Positions 8,129 through 17,800 of a stretch of DNA of 64,000 nt are shown here, in pieces (position 1 is the stretch's first letter; every line of letters starts with the position of its first letter). The notes under the pieces are model-generated. The model did not search any database. It saw only the letters and a list, made by a program, of their open reading frames with translations, and was not told where the DNA came from. The stretch is from assembly GCA_035642095.1 (NCBI GenBank), contig DASQTB010000048.1, positions 2,496 to 66,495 of the forward strand, written 5' to 3'. Made by a program: the position numbers and the translations under genes. This DNA comes from Actinomycetota bacterium (GTDB taxonomy: Bacteria > Actinomycetota > UBA4738 > CALAEC01).

Positions 8129-10518
8129 CGTCGTGGCACCTCCCCGCCGCGGCCCTCGGGTTCGGAGGGGGGTGCCTCCTGGCGGCCGGGCGGCCGCCGG
8201 CCGTGGCCCTCGGTTTCCTCCAGATCCTGGCGGGAGGGGCGCTGTTCGGGGTGGCGCTCCGATGGAAGCGGCGAAGACCGAACATCTCCACGAGCCTCCT
8301 GGTGAACGCGGCGTTGCTTCCGAGCGAACAGGACACGCCGGAACCGCGAGCCCGGATCCTCGCCGCGGCCGGACTCGGGGCCCCGGCTCCGCCCCCGGCC
8401 CACCTCGCCCCCATCGTGCCGATGTTCGTGGCCGCGGTTGCCGGAGGAGCGGGGTGGGCCCTGGTCAGGGCTCCCCCGCCTGTCGGGTCACTCGACGGGC
8501 GCCACATCTGGTTCCAGGCGACCGCGGTCTCTGACGTCCGCCGGGAGGACTGGGGGTGGACGCTCGAGCTCAGCCTGGACCACCTGTCGGTTGACGGTCA
8601 TCCGGTCGAGGCTCATCCCAGGGTGTGGGCGTCCGGATCGCCGCCTGCCCCAGCGGTGACGGCGGGCCGGTCCGTGGCCGGCACGGGAACCATCGAAGCG
8701 CTCCCTCGGCCCGCGGAGGACTTCGATGCGTACCTCGTGGGCAAAGGGATGACCGCCCGGCTGAAGGTCTCCGAGCTCACCGCCCGGGGGCCGCCTGAGA
8801 ATCTCGCCCTCCGGGCGGCGAATGCCGTCCGCGACGCATACCGGCGAGGGGTGAAGTCGAGCCTGTCGCCCCGGCTGGGCGGGCTCCTCCGCGGGCTAGC
8901 CATCGGCGACACCGAGGGAATGGACCCCGAGGTGGAGGAGGACTTCCAGGCCACGGGGCTGACCCATCTCCTGGCGGTCTCGGGGTCGAACGTGGCCCTG
9001 GTGTTGGTTCCAGCCCTGGCCCTGGCGGCCCGGGTCGGGTTCGGCTCGGGACCGAGAGCTATGGCCGGGCTGCTCACCGTGGCGTTGTTCGCCCTGGTGA
9101 CCCGGTGGGAGCCGTCCGTCCTCAGAGCGGGAGCCATGGCGGCTATCGGCCTGGCAGGGTTGTGGTCGGGCCGTCCCCGCCGGGTGGGGGCCGCCCTGGC
9201 GGTCGCCGTGATCGTCCTCTTGGCCGTCGACCCGCTGCTGGCCACCTCGGTGGGGTTCCAGCTGTCGGTCGCGGCCACCGCATCTCTGGCCGGCCTGGCC
9301 GGCCCGGTTGCCCGGCGGCTCACCTGGCTACCGCGCCCCGTGGCCGGGGTTGCGGCGGCCACGATCGCCGCCCAGGTGGGCGTCACGCCGCTCCTCCTGC
9401 TCCGGTTCGGCACCGTTCCCACGGTCACGTTCCTGGCCAACGTGCTGGCCTTTCCGGCCGTCGGGCCGGCGCTGGTGCTCGGTTCGGTCGGGGCGGCCGT
9501 GGTGCCGGCCTGGCCCCAGGCCGGGCAGGCCGTGGGCGAGCTGGCCGGCCTGCCGCTCGGATACCTGGCCGAGGTGGCCGATCGGATGGCCCGGCTGGCG
9601 CTCCCCTCGGTCACGGGGGGCGTGTCCGCCGCGGCCATCGCCGGCGTCTTGGCGATGTTCGTGGCCTGGCGCCTTCGCCGGGGGGTGGCTCGGACGTCGC
9701 TGGCCGGGGTGGTGGTCGCCGCCGCGGTGGCGTGGTCGGCGGCTCCCACCGCAGGACCTCTGCCCTCCCTGACCGTCACCTTTCTGGACGTCGGGCAGGG
9801 CGACGCCGCCGTGGTGCGGACGCCCGATGGGGCAACCGTGCTCATCGATGCCGGACCAGAGGAACGCGACGTGGCCACATCCCTGGCAGCCCTCGGCATC
9901 CGACGGCTCGACGTTGCGGTGGCCTCGCATGCTCATGCCGACCACATCGAAGGGTTCCCCGCGGTCCTGGCTCGGTTCCCGGTGGGACTCCTTCTGGAGC
10001 CCGGGTGTCCGAGCGACTCGCCCTCCTATGCTCGGTTCGTCCGGGCCATCGGGGACGAGGAGGTTCTGGTCCGCCACCCTCGGGGCGGACGGTCCCTCAC
10101 CGTGGGCCGCCTGCGCGTGGAGGTCCTGGGCCCTGATCGCTGCTCGCCCGGCGGATCCGCGCCGAACGACGACTCGGTGGTCCTTCGGCTCACCTACGGG
10201 CCGGCCACGGTGCTGTTTCCGGGTGACGCCGAGGTTCCGGCCCAGGAGGATCTCCTGTCCGACGGCGACCCTGTCCACGCCACGGTGCTGAAGGTTCCGC
10301 ATCATGGCGGGGACACGTCTACCGCGGCGTTCTTCGACGCCGTCGAGGCGACCATGGCCGTGGTCAGCACGGGGCCGAATGACTACGGGCACCCCGACCC
10401 GCGCGTTCTCGCGGCCCTTCGGTCGGAGGGGACGGTCGTGTACCGAACCGATCAGGCCGGGGACGTCACGGTGACGTTCGCCGGGGATGGGTCACCGGTC
10501 GTAGCATCGTCCGGATGA
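8125..10518 (+). CDS. comEC: DNA internalization competence protein ComEC/Rec2 with C-terminal metallo-beta-lactamase domain
   Basis: ATG overlaps the comEA stop (ATGA). Polytopic membrane competence domain. C-terminal MBL motifs (VASHAHADHIEGF, LKVPHHGG). Confidence 0.8.
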   Translation: MTSWHLPAAALGFGGGCLLAAGRPPAVALGFLQILAGGALFGVALRWKRRRPNISTSLLVNAALLPSEQDTPEPRARILAAAGLGAPAPPPAHLAPIVPMFVAAVAGGAGWALVRAPPPVGSLDGRHIWFQATAVSDVRREDWGWTLELSLDHLSVDGHPVEAHPRVWASGSPPAPAVTAGRSVAGTGTIEALPRPAEDFDAYLVGKGMTARLKVSELTARGPPENLALRAANAVRDAYRRGVKSSLSPRLGGLLRGLAIGDTEGMDPEVEEDFQATGLTHLLAVSGSNVALVLVPALALAARVGFGSGPRAMAGLLTVALFALVTRWEPSVLRAGAMAAIGLAGLWSGRPRRVGAALAVAVIVLLAVDPLLATSVGFQLSVAATASLAGLAGPVARRLTWLPRPVAGVAAATIAAQVGVTPLLLLRFGTVPTVTFLANVLAFPAVGPALVLGSVGAAVVPAWPQAGQAVGELAGLPLGYLAEVADRMARLALPSVTGGVSAAAIAGVLAMFVAWRLRRGVARTSLAGVVVAAAVAWSAAPTAGPLPSLTVTFLDVGQGDAAVVRTPDGATVLIDAGPEERDVATSLAALGIRRLDVAVASHAHADHIEGFPAVLARFPVGLLLEPGCPSDSPSYARFVRAIGDEEVLVRHPRGGRSLTVGRLRVEVLGPDRCSPGGSAPNDDSVVLRLTYGPATVLFPGDAEVPAQEDLLSDGDPVHATVLKVPHHGGDTSTAAFFDAVEATMAVVSTGPNDYGHPDPRVLAALRSEGTVVYRTDQAGDVTVTFAGDGSPVVASSG

Positions 10519-11468
10519 AGAACGCTCCGGTCGTGCTGCTCTGGGGGGAGGACCGTTATCTCCTTCGCGAGGCCGGGCGGGCCGAGTTCGAGGGGATGGA
10601 CCCCATGGTGGCCGCCGGTCCCGACTGGCGCCCGGGGCTGACGGCGGACCTGGCCACTCCCTCCCTGCTCGGCGAGCGCCGGGGCCTCGTGGTGGTCGAC
10701 GCCGACGGGCTGTCCGAGGCGGCCGTCGACGAGATCGCGGCCTACGCCGCGTCCCCCTCGCCGGAGGCCCGCCTGGTCCTGTGCTGGACGGTGGGCGGTC
10801 GGGCCAAGGGACCTCCCAAGGGTGTCGTCAAGCGACTGGGGGAGGCCGAGGTTCGTCGGGTGGCCGTGGAGCGAAAGGATCTTCCCCGGTGGGTCCTGGA
10901 ACGAGCCCGGCGCCGGGCCGTGCGAGCCACCCCCCAGGGGGCGGCATCGCTGATCCAGACCGTCGGCGAAGACCTGGCCGGCCTGGATCAGGCCGTGGAA
11001 CAGATCGCCACGGCCCATCCCCAGGATGGCCTCACCCCTGAATCGGTGGCGGCCCAGTTCCGCGGGTTCGGCGACCGCAGGACGTGGGAGCTGTGCGACG
11101 CGGCCTTCGCCGGAGACGGACCAGGAGCGTACCGAGCGCTGGCCGGGATGCTCGAGTCCGGCGAGGAACCCCTCATGGTCCTGGGGGGCGTCGCCGCGCG
11201 GGTCCGAGATCTCCTCCGGGTGGCGTCCCTCGATCCCAGGACTCCACTGGGAGAGGTGGCCCGGTCGGCGGGGTTGAGATTCGACTGGCAGGCTCGTCGG
11301 TACCGGGACCAGTCCCGGCGGTACACCGTGCATCGGCTCCGAGAGCTTCACCGGGAGCTGGTCGAGGCGGATCGGTCGTTGAAGCAGGGAGGGACCGGGG
11401 ACGTGGTCCTGCCGATGCTCGTGTCGAGGATCGTCACCGGAGCGGAACGACCCGTTCGGGCGGGCTAG
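10515..11468 (+). CDS. holA: DNA polymerase III subunit delta
   Basis: Start overlaps the comEC stop. N-terminus VVLLWGEDRYLLREA is typical of HolA. Conserved comEC-holA-rpsT synteny. Confidence 0.75.
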   Translation: MKNAPVVLLWGEDRYLLREAGRAEFEGMDPMVAAGPDWRPGLTADLATPSLLGERRGLVVVDADGLSEAAVDEIAAYAASPSPEARLVLCWTVGGRAKGPPKGVVKRLGEAEVRRVAVERKDLPRWVLERARRRAVRATPQGAASLIQTVGEDLAGLDQAVEQIATAHPQDGLTPESVAAQFRGFGDRRTWELCDAAFAGDGPGAYRALAGMLESGEEPLMVLGGVAARVRDLLRVASLDPRTPLGEVARSAGLRFDWQARRYRDQSRRYTVHRLRELHRELVEADRSLKQGGTGDVVLPMLVSRIVTGAERPVRAG

Positions 11469-11495
11469 GCCCCGCCCGGTGAGCCGCTCAGCCGG

Positions 11496-11759
11496 TCAGC
11501 CGACGGTGCGAGCCGCCCGAGCAAGGCGGGACTTGCGCCTGGCGGCGGTCCGCTTGTGGATCACGCCGCGGGAGGCGGCCTTGTCGAGCATGCTGCCGGT
11601 GGTCCGAAGCTGCGAGCCGACGGCGTCGCCATCGCCCGACTCGATCGCCTGACCGACCTTCTTCGCCGCGGTCCGAAGCCGTGATCGGACGGCCTTGTTC
11701 CGTTCCTGACGCCGTTCGTTCTGGCGGTTTCTCTTGATCTGCGACTTGATGTTGGCCAC
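11496..11759 (-). CDS. rpsT: 30S ribosomal protein S20
   Basis: GTG start giving VANIKSQIKRNRQNERRQERNKAVRSRLRTAAKK..., 87 aa, a canonical S20. The remainder of minus ORF 11496..12242 is antisense to lepA and was rejected. Confidence 0.9.
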   Translation of the reverse strand: MANIKSQIKRNRQNERRQERNKAVRSRLRTAAKKVGQAIESGDGDAVGSQLRTTGSMLDKAASRGVIHKRTAARRKSRLARAARTVG

Positions 11760-11798
11760 GGCGAGCCAGTCTAGCAGTCGCCCCGATACGATGACCGC

Positions 11799-13607
11799 GT
11801 GACCGACCCCTCTCGGATCCGCAACTTCGCCATCATCAGCCACATCGATCACGGGAAGTCGACGCTGGCCGACCGCTTCCTCGACCTGACGCACGCCGTT
11901 CCCGAACGGCAGATGCGAGCGCAGTTCCTGGACCGGATGGACCTTGAGCGGGAGCGGGGCATCACCATCAAGGCCCAAGCCGTCCGCCTCCTCTACAGGG
12001 ACGGGAAGACGGAGCACGTCCTCAACCTCGTCGACACCCCCGGCCACGTGGACTTCACGTACGAGGTCTCGCGAGCTCTGGTGGCCTGCGAGGGCGCGAT
12101 CCTCCTGGTCGATGCGGCCCAGGGGATCGAGGCCCAGACGCTGGCCAACCACCACCTGGCTGAGGAGGCCGGCCTGGCCATCGTCCCCGTGGTCAACAAG
12201 ATCGACCTTCCCCAGGCCGACGTGGCCCAGGCGGTACGCCAATTGGCGGAACTGGCCGGGTGTCGGGAGGACGAGGTGCTCCGGGTCTCGGCGAAGACGG
12301 GGGAGGGCGTCGAGGACCTGCTCCGGGCGGTGATCGCTCGCGTGCCGGGCCCGTCAGGCGAGCCGGACCTGCCTCCTCGGGCGCTGATCTTCGACTCCGC
12401 CTACGACCCCTACCGTGGAGTGGTGGCCTACGTCCGGGTGGTCGACGGTGCCCTTTCCTCCCGAGCCCGGATCAGGATGATGGCCACCGGCCTCGAGTCC
12501 GACGCGGAGGAGGTCGGGGCGTTCGCTCCGGATCCGGTTCCCGTCGATCGCCTCGGGGTGGGCGAGATCGGCTACCTGGTGATCGGAGAGAAGGACGTTC
12601 GCCGGGCCCAGGTCGGCGACACCGTGACGGTGGCCGCCGAACCCGCTTCCCGGCCGCTTCCAGGCTATCGAGAGCCGAAGCCGATGGTGTGGAGCGGGCT
12701 GTACCCGATGGAGGGCGGTGACTACCCCGCCCTCCGGACGGCGCTCGACAAGCTCCGGCTGTCCGATGCGGCGCTGGCGTTCGAGCCGGAGTCCTCCCGC
12801 GCCTTGGGCTTCGGCTTCCGGTGCGGGTTCCTGGGACTGCTCCACATGGACATCGTCCGGGAGCGGCTGGAGCGCGAGTTCGATCTCACGCTGCTGTCCA
12901 CCGCGCCGAACGTGGCGTTCCGGATCCACCGCGGCGACGTTGTGGAGGAGGTCCACAATCCCAGCGAGATGCCGCAGCCGGGAGCGTACGACCGGGTCGA
13001 GGAGCCGGTGGTGGTGGCCACGGTCATCACGCCCAGCGCGTATCTCGGGCCGGTGATGGAGCTGTGCCAGGTCCGCCGAGGATCGATGGAGGAGCTGCGC
13101 TATCTCTCCACGGACCGGGTGGAGCTCCGATACCTCCTCCCCCTGGCCGAGATCATCTTCGACTTCTTCGACCAGCTGAAGTCCCGGACCAGGGGGTACG
13201 CCTCGCTGGACTACGAGCACCGGGGCCACCAGGAAGCCGACCTGGTCCGGGTGGACGTCCTCCTCCACGGTGAGCCGGTCGACGCGTTCAGCGCCGTTGT
13301 CCACCGCGAGAAGGCCCAGGCGTACGGGCGCCGGATGGTCGACCGGCTTCGGGAGCTGATCCCCCGCCAGCTCTTCGACGTGGCCATCCAGGCCGCGATC
13401 GGGTCCCGGATCGTGGCCCGGGAAACGTTGAAGGCCAAGCGCAAGGACGTCCTGGCCAAGTGCTATGGAGGCGACGTCACCCGGAAGCGGAAGCTCCTGG
13501 AGAAGCAGAAGGCCGGGAAGCAGCGCCTCCGCCGAGTGGGGAAGGTCGACGTTCCACACGAGGCGTTCATCGCCGCCCTGCGAGTCGACTCGGGAGGCTC
13601 GCCATGA
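11799..13607 (+). CDS. lepA: elongation factor 4 (LepA)
   Basis: G-domain motifs [20 protein letters not shown] and DTPGHVDF. C-terminal LepA-specific domain. 602 aa. Confidence 0.92.
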   Translation: MTDPSRIRNFAIISHIDHGKSTLADRFLDLTHAVPERQMRAQFLDRMDLERERGITIKAQAVRLLYRDGKTEHVLNLVDTPGHVDFTYEVSRALVACEGAILLVDAAQGIEAQTLANHHLAEEAGLAIVPVVNKIDLPQADVAQAVRQLAELAGCREDEVLRVSAKTGEGVEDLLRAVIARVPGPSGEPDLPPRALIFDSAYDPYRGVVAYVRVVDGALSSRARIRMMATGLESDAEEVGAFAPDPVPVDRLGVGEIGYLVIGEKDVRRAQVGDTVTVAAEPASRPLPGYREPKPMVWSGLYPMEGGDYPALRTALDKLRLSDAALAFEPESSRALGFGFRCGFLGLLHMDIVRERLEREFDLTLLSTAPNVAFRIHRGDVVEEVHNPSEMPQPGAYDRVEEPVVVATVITPSAYLGPVMELCQVRRGSMEELRYLSTDRVELRYLLPLAEIIFDFFDQLKSRTRGYASLDYEHRGHQEADLVRVDVLLHGEPVDAFSAVVHREKAQAYGRRMVDRLRELIPRQLFDVAIQAAIGSRIVARETLKAKRKDVLAKCYGGDVTRKRKLLEKQKAGKQRLRRVGKVDVPHEAFIAALRVDSGGSP

Positions 13608-14673
13608 TCCCGGTGGAGACGACGGCGGGGCTGTACGTGCACGTGCCCTTCTGCCTGACTCGGTGCGGTTACTGCGACTTCAACGCCCACGCTGGGCTCG
13701 ATCATCTCCAGGACGCCTACGTCCGGCGCTGAAGGTCGAGGCGGACCGAGCGGCGGGTAAATGGTCCGAGATCCGGTTCGTCTCGGTGTTTCTGGGCGGG
13801 GGGACCCCCACGACGCTCCATCCCGAGGCGATCCTGAGCCTCCTCGACCATCTCCGGGCGCGATTCGAGGTCGCGGAGAACGCCGAGGTCACCTGCGAGG
13901 CGAACCCGGACACCGTCGACGAACGGTCGCTCTGCTCGCTCCAGCCGGCGGGATCACCCGGATCTCGCTCGGCGTCCAGTCCTTCGATCCCTCCGTCCTG
14001 GCCTCGCTGGAACGGGTCCACCGGCCCAGTCGGCCGTCCGGGCGTTGACCGATGCCCGGGCGGCCGGGTTCTGTGACGTGAACCTCGAACTGATCTACGG
14101 CGCCAGGGCCGAGACCCTGGCGTCGTGGCGGCGGACCCTGAACCGGGCCATCCGGCTGGGGCCAGAACACCTGTCCTGCTATGCGCTGTCGATCGAGCCG
14201 GGTACCCCGCTGGGGCCAAGGTGGCGGCCGGCCTGATCCCGCCCCCCGATCCCGATCTCCAGGCGGACATGTACGAGGTGGCGTGCGGCGCGCTCCGAAC
14301 GGCCGGCTACGAGTCGATCCACAACCTCGGCTACTGGGAGGGCCGGCCGTACCTTGGGGTGGGGGCAGGGGCCCACTCGTTCCGGGGCCGCCGGCGGTGG
14401 TGGAACGTACGGCCGCCGGGCCGGTACGTGGAGCTGGCCCTGGAGGGTCGGTCCACTCAGGCGGGTGGAGAGACTCTGGAGGATGAGGCCCGCCGGCTGG
14501 AGCGGCTCCTCCTGGGGATGCGGCGCGCGACCGGAGTCCCCGCCGGGTGGGTCGATCGGCCGGCCGCCCATGGTTCGTCCGAGTGGTCTCGCTTGGTGGG
14601 AGGGCTCCCGGTTCGGCCCTCACCGAGCCCGGGATGTGATGGCAACGAGGTCGTCCTTGCCGTGGCCGGCTGA
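13604..14673 (+). pseudogene. hemW: heme chaperone HemW / radical-SAM coproporphyrinogen-III-oxidase-like, disrupted by four successive -1 frameshifts
   Basis: ATG overlaps the lepA stop. Radical-SAM motif CLTRCGYCDF lies in frame 2 and stops at 13732. The gene continues as VFLGGGTPT (frame 1), GITRISLGVQSFDP (frame 0), DVNLELIYG...LSCYALSIEPGTP (frame 2) and the C-terminal segment 14125..14673 (frame 1). Approximate shift points are 13725, 13920, 14040 and 14225. Confidence 0.7.
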
Positions 14674-14686
14674 GCCGGAGGGGATG

Positions 14687-14713
14687 CTAGCACTCTCCCC
14701 TGGAGAGTGCTAA
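14687..14713 (+). promoter_or_regulatory. CIRCE element (HrcA operator), CTAGCACTC-N9-GAGTGCTAA
   Basis: Inverted repeat ctagcactc tcccctgga gagtgctaa ending 13 nt upstream of the hrcA start. It matches the consensus TTAGCACTC-N9-GAGTGCTAA with one mismatch. Confidence 0.85.
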
Positions 14714-14725
14714 TAGTAGAGGGTC

Positions 14726-15475
14726 ATGGCGGCGATGGGAACGCTGGGAGAACGGAAGGCGGGCGTTCTCCGGGCCGTCGTGGCCGACCACATCCGGACC
14801 GGCCAGCCGGTGGGGAGCGGGACCGTGGCCCGGCGATATCGCCTGGGGGTGAGTTCGGCCACGATCCGGAACGACATGGCCATCCTCACCGAGATGGGCT
14901 TCCTGGCTCAGCCCCATACCTCGGCCGGGAGGATCCCCACCGACTCCGGCTACCGGTTCTACGTGGACACCCTGCCCAGGTGGCCGTCCCTGCCCCACCG
15001 GCAAGACCGGACCATCCCCCCGTTCCTGGGACGACCGCCGCCGGACCCCTCCGACGTGGTCCGGAGGGCGGCTCTGCTCCTCTCCCGGCTGACCCACTAC
15101 GGCGCGCTGGCCCAGCCTCCGGAGTCCTCGCACGTCGTCATCGGAGGGGCGGCCAATATCGTCAGCGAGGAGACGTTCGAACGCCGGGAGACGGTCCGTC
15201 GGCTGTTGGAAGCGCTGGAGGAGGAGCGCGACGTCCTCGGCCTGATCCGGACCGTGGCTCGTGAGGGAGACGTCACGGTCCGGATCGGGAGGGAGAACCC
15301 GGTGGCGGCCCTGCGGGAGGCGAGCCTGGTGGTCTCCTCCTACGGTGTTGGCGGCCGGACCGTAGGAGTGGTGGCCGTGATCGGTCCCACCCGGATGCAC
15401 TACCGGGAGGCGATCTCGGCGGTCCGCGCCGTCTCGGGCCATCTGTCGCGCGCCATCGAGGGCCTGGCCGGGTAG
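14726..15475 (+). CDS. hrcA: heat-inducible transcription repressor HrcA (short form, about 249 aa)
   Basis: N-terminal winged-helix (GQPVGSGTVARRYRLGVSSATIRNDMAILTEMGFL...GRIPTDSGYRFYVD). C-terminal GPTRMHY signature. About 90-100 aa shorter than typical 340-aa HrcA; the central domain appears absent. Confidence 0.75.
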   Translation: MAAMGTLGERKAGVLRAVVADHIRTGQPVGSGTVARRYRLGVSSATIRNDMAILTEMGFLAQPHTSAGRIPTDSGYRFYVDTLPRWPSLPHRQDRTIPPFLGRPPPDPSDVVRRAALLLSRLTHYGALAQPPESSHVVIGGAANIVSEETFERRETVRRLLEALEEERDVLGLIRTVAREGDVTVRIGRENPVAALREASLVVSSYGVGGRTVGVVAVIGPTRMHYREAISAVRAVSGHLSRAIEGLAG

Positions 15476-15487
15476 AGGGCTGCGTCG

Positions 15488-16588
15488 ATGGCCCGGCGAG
15501 ACCTCTACGAGGTCCTGGGGGTGGCGTCGGACGCCACCCAGGAGGACATCAGGAAGGCCTATCGGAAGCTGGCTCGAACGCACCATCCCGACGTGAACCA
15601 CCACGACCCCGACGCTGAACGGCGGTTCAAGGAGATCAACCTTGCCTATCAGACCCTGTCCGATCCGGCCAAGCGGCGTCAGTACGACCTGTACGGCGGG
15701 GAGGGCCTGAGCCCGGACATGTTCGGATTCGGCGATCTGACCGACATCTTCGAGGCGTTCTTCGGGTCGTCGCCGTTCGGCGGGGGTCGGCCCGGCCAGC
15801 GGCGGGGGACCCGGACCGGCCGGGGTCGGGATCTCCATCTGGTCCTGGAGCTGGACTTCGAGGAGGCGGCGTTCGGCGCGACCAAGGAGGTTCGGGTCGA
15901 CACGCAGGAGATGTGCGGCCGGTGTGGGGGAACGGGGGCCGAGCCGGGAACCCATCCGTCCCGGTGCACCACCTGCGGCGGGTCGGGCGAGGTCTCCGAC
16001 GTCCGCCGGAGCGTATTCGGCACCGTGATGACGTCGCGCCTGTGCGGGACGTGCGAGGGGACCGGCGAGGAGATCGCATCGCCCTGCCGGGAGTGTAGGG
16101 GCGGGGGCCGGATCCCGACCCAGCAGACCGTCTCGGTGGAGGTTCCCGCCGGGGTCTCCGACGGGATGGACCTCCGCATCGAGGGCGGGGGGGAGGACGG
16201 CCGGGGCGGTGGCCCGTCGGGCGACCTGTACCTCACCCTGGCGGTCCGGCCGCATCCCGTGTTCGACCGTCGGGGGCAGGATCTGGTCTGTCTGTTGGAG
16301 CTCCCCATGACGGCGGCCGCCCTCGGGGCCGAGGTCGAGGTGGAGACCCTCGACGGTCCGGCCACGCTCAAGGTCCCCCCCGGGACCAGGGCGGGCTCCG
16401 TGCTCCGGCTCCGGGGGAAGGGTCTGCCCCACGTCGGCCGCAGAGGGCGGGGCGACCTCCTCCTCCGGGTCGACCTCGACGTCCCCCTTCGGCTGGCCCG
16501 GAATGAGCGCGAGCTCCTGGAGTCGCTGGCCGATCTTCGGGACGAGCGGTCGAGACCCCTGAGGGGCCGCCTTCGGCCCGGGACGTGA
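15488..16588 (+). CDS. dnaJ: molecular chaperone DnaJ
   Basis: J-domain with HPD motif (YRKLARTHHPDVN). Four CxxCxGxG zinc-finger repeats. C-terminal substrate-binding domains. Confidence 0.9.
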   Translation: MARRDLYEVLGVASDATQEDIRKAYRKLARTHHPDVNHHDPDAERRFKEINLAYQTLSDPAKRRQYDLYGGEGLSPDMFGFGDLTDIFEAFFGSSPFGGGRPGQRRGTRTGRGRDLHLVLELDFEEAAFGATKEVRVDTQEMCGRCGGTGAEPGTHPSRCTTCGGSGEVSDVRRSVFGTVMTSRLCGTCEGTGEEIASPCRECRGGGRIPTQQTVSVEVPAGVSDGMDLRIEGGGEDGRGGGPSGDLYLTLAVRPHPVFDRRGQDLVCLLELPMTAAALGAEVEVETLDGPATLKVPPGTRAGSVLRLRGKGLPHVGRRGRGDLLLRVDLDVPLRLARNERELLESLADLRDERSRPLRGRLRPGT

Positions 16589-17316
16589 GCCGTCCTCACT
16601 TCTTCGCCGGCGCTCCCGAGCCCGGCGAGGCGGTGATCCTCTCCTCGGAGGATGCCGGGCACGCCGTCCGGTCCCTTCGGCTCCGGGTCGGCGACGAGTT
16701 CACGTCGTCCGACGGGCATGGAGCGGTGGCCACGTGCCGGGTCCTCCGAGCCGAACGCCTCCTGGTGGAGGGCGAGGTGATCGACCGCTCCTGGGAGTCC
16801 CGCCCCCGGCCGTCCCTCAGCGTCGTGCTGGCTCCGCCCAAGGGAGACCGTCTCACCTGGGGGGTTCAGAAGCTGGTCGAGGTCGGGGCGGACGAGATAG
16901 TCCTGGTCGAGGCGTCCCGGTCGATCCGGAGGTGGCCTGGGCAGCGGGCCGATCGGGTGGGGCCCCGGCTGGCCGCCGTGGTCCGGGAGGCGGCCAAGCA
17001 GTCGCGGCGTCGGTTCGAGCCGTCCGTCTCGGGTCCCGTGCCGTGGGACGAGGCCGTCGTTCCGACGCCCCGCGGGATCCTGGTCGTGCTGTGGGAGCGG
17101 GCCCGCGGTGGTCTCTTGGAATCGCTCCCGCCCGACACCCCCGATGAGGTGACCCTGGTGATCGGTCCGGAGGGCGGGATCCCGGAGGAGGACGTCCGGG
17201 GCGCGGAGCGGGCCGGCGCGGCGGTTGCCTCGCTGGGTCCGAACGTCCTTCGGACGGAGACCGCGGCGGTCGCCGCCGCCGCGGTCGTCCTGGCCCGCTA
17301 CGGTCGCCTGGGATGA
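16585..17316 (+). CDS. rsmE: 16S rRNA (uracil1498-N3)-methyltransferase RsmE
   Basis: Start overlaps the dnaJ stop. PUA-like N-terminus and SPOUT fold (PKGDRLTWGVQKLVEVGADEIVLV). Conserved dnaJ-rsmE synteny. Confidence 0.75.
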   Translation: MSRPHFFAGAPEPGEAVILSSEDAGHAVRSLRLRVGDEFTSSDGHGAVATCRVLRAERLLVEGEVIDRSWESRPRPSLSVVLAPPKGDRLTWGVQKLVEVGADEIVLVEASRSIRRWPGQRADRVGPRLAAVVREAAKQSRRRFEPSVSGPVPWDEAVVPTPRGILVVLWERARGGLLESLPPDTPDEVTLVIGPEGGIPEEDVRGAERAGAAVASLGPNVLRTETAAVAAAAVVLARYGRLG

Positions 17317-17358
17317 CCCCTGTCCTCGACCGGGTCACCGTCGCGCGCTAGCATCGCG

Positions 17359-17727
17359 GTGACGAAGCGAAAGGAGCGGACCGTGCAGGACTGCCTGTTC
17401 TGCCGGATCGCCTCGGGTGATCAGGAGGCGGATGTCGTGCACACCTCCGATCACGTGGTGGCCTTCCGGGACGTCAATCCTCAGGCTCCGGTGCACATCC
17501 TGATCATCCCGAAGGAGCACATCGAGTCGGCCCGGTCGCTCCGCGACAAGCAGGGCGACGTGCTGGCCGACATGTTCGTCGCCGCGGCTCACCTGGCCCG
17601 GGCCAACGAGATCGATCGATCCGGCTGGAGAGTCGTCACCAACGTAGGGCCGGACGCCGGACAGAGCGTCCATCACCTCCACTTCCATCTTCTGGGCGGC
17701 CGGCAGATGCGGTGGCCACCCGGATGA
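17359..17727 (+). CDS. HIT-family (histidine triad) nucleotide hydrolase
   Basis: CLFCRI..., VHILIIPKEHI and the histidine triad HHLHFHLLGG. The start is either GTG 17359 or GTG 17383 (after RBS AAGGAG). Confidence 0.8.
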   Translation: MTKRKERTVQDCLFCRIASGDQEADVVHTSDHVVAFRDVNPQAPVHILIIPKEHIESARSLRDKQGDVLADMFVAAAHLARANEIDRSGWRVVTNVGPDAGQSVHHLHFHLLGGRQMRWPPG

Positions 17728-17800
17728 GCCGTATAATCGGGAGGTCGGGGTCGCGATAGGCGACCCCGTTTCCAACAGGAGAGAAGCTCGAAGGAAGCCC

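Noticed and set aside
11760-12242. Upstream extension of the rpsT ORF to 248 aa
   Set aside because: S20 is an ~87-aa protein with a clear GTG start at 11759. The extension overlaps lepA on the opposite strand.
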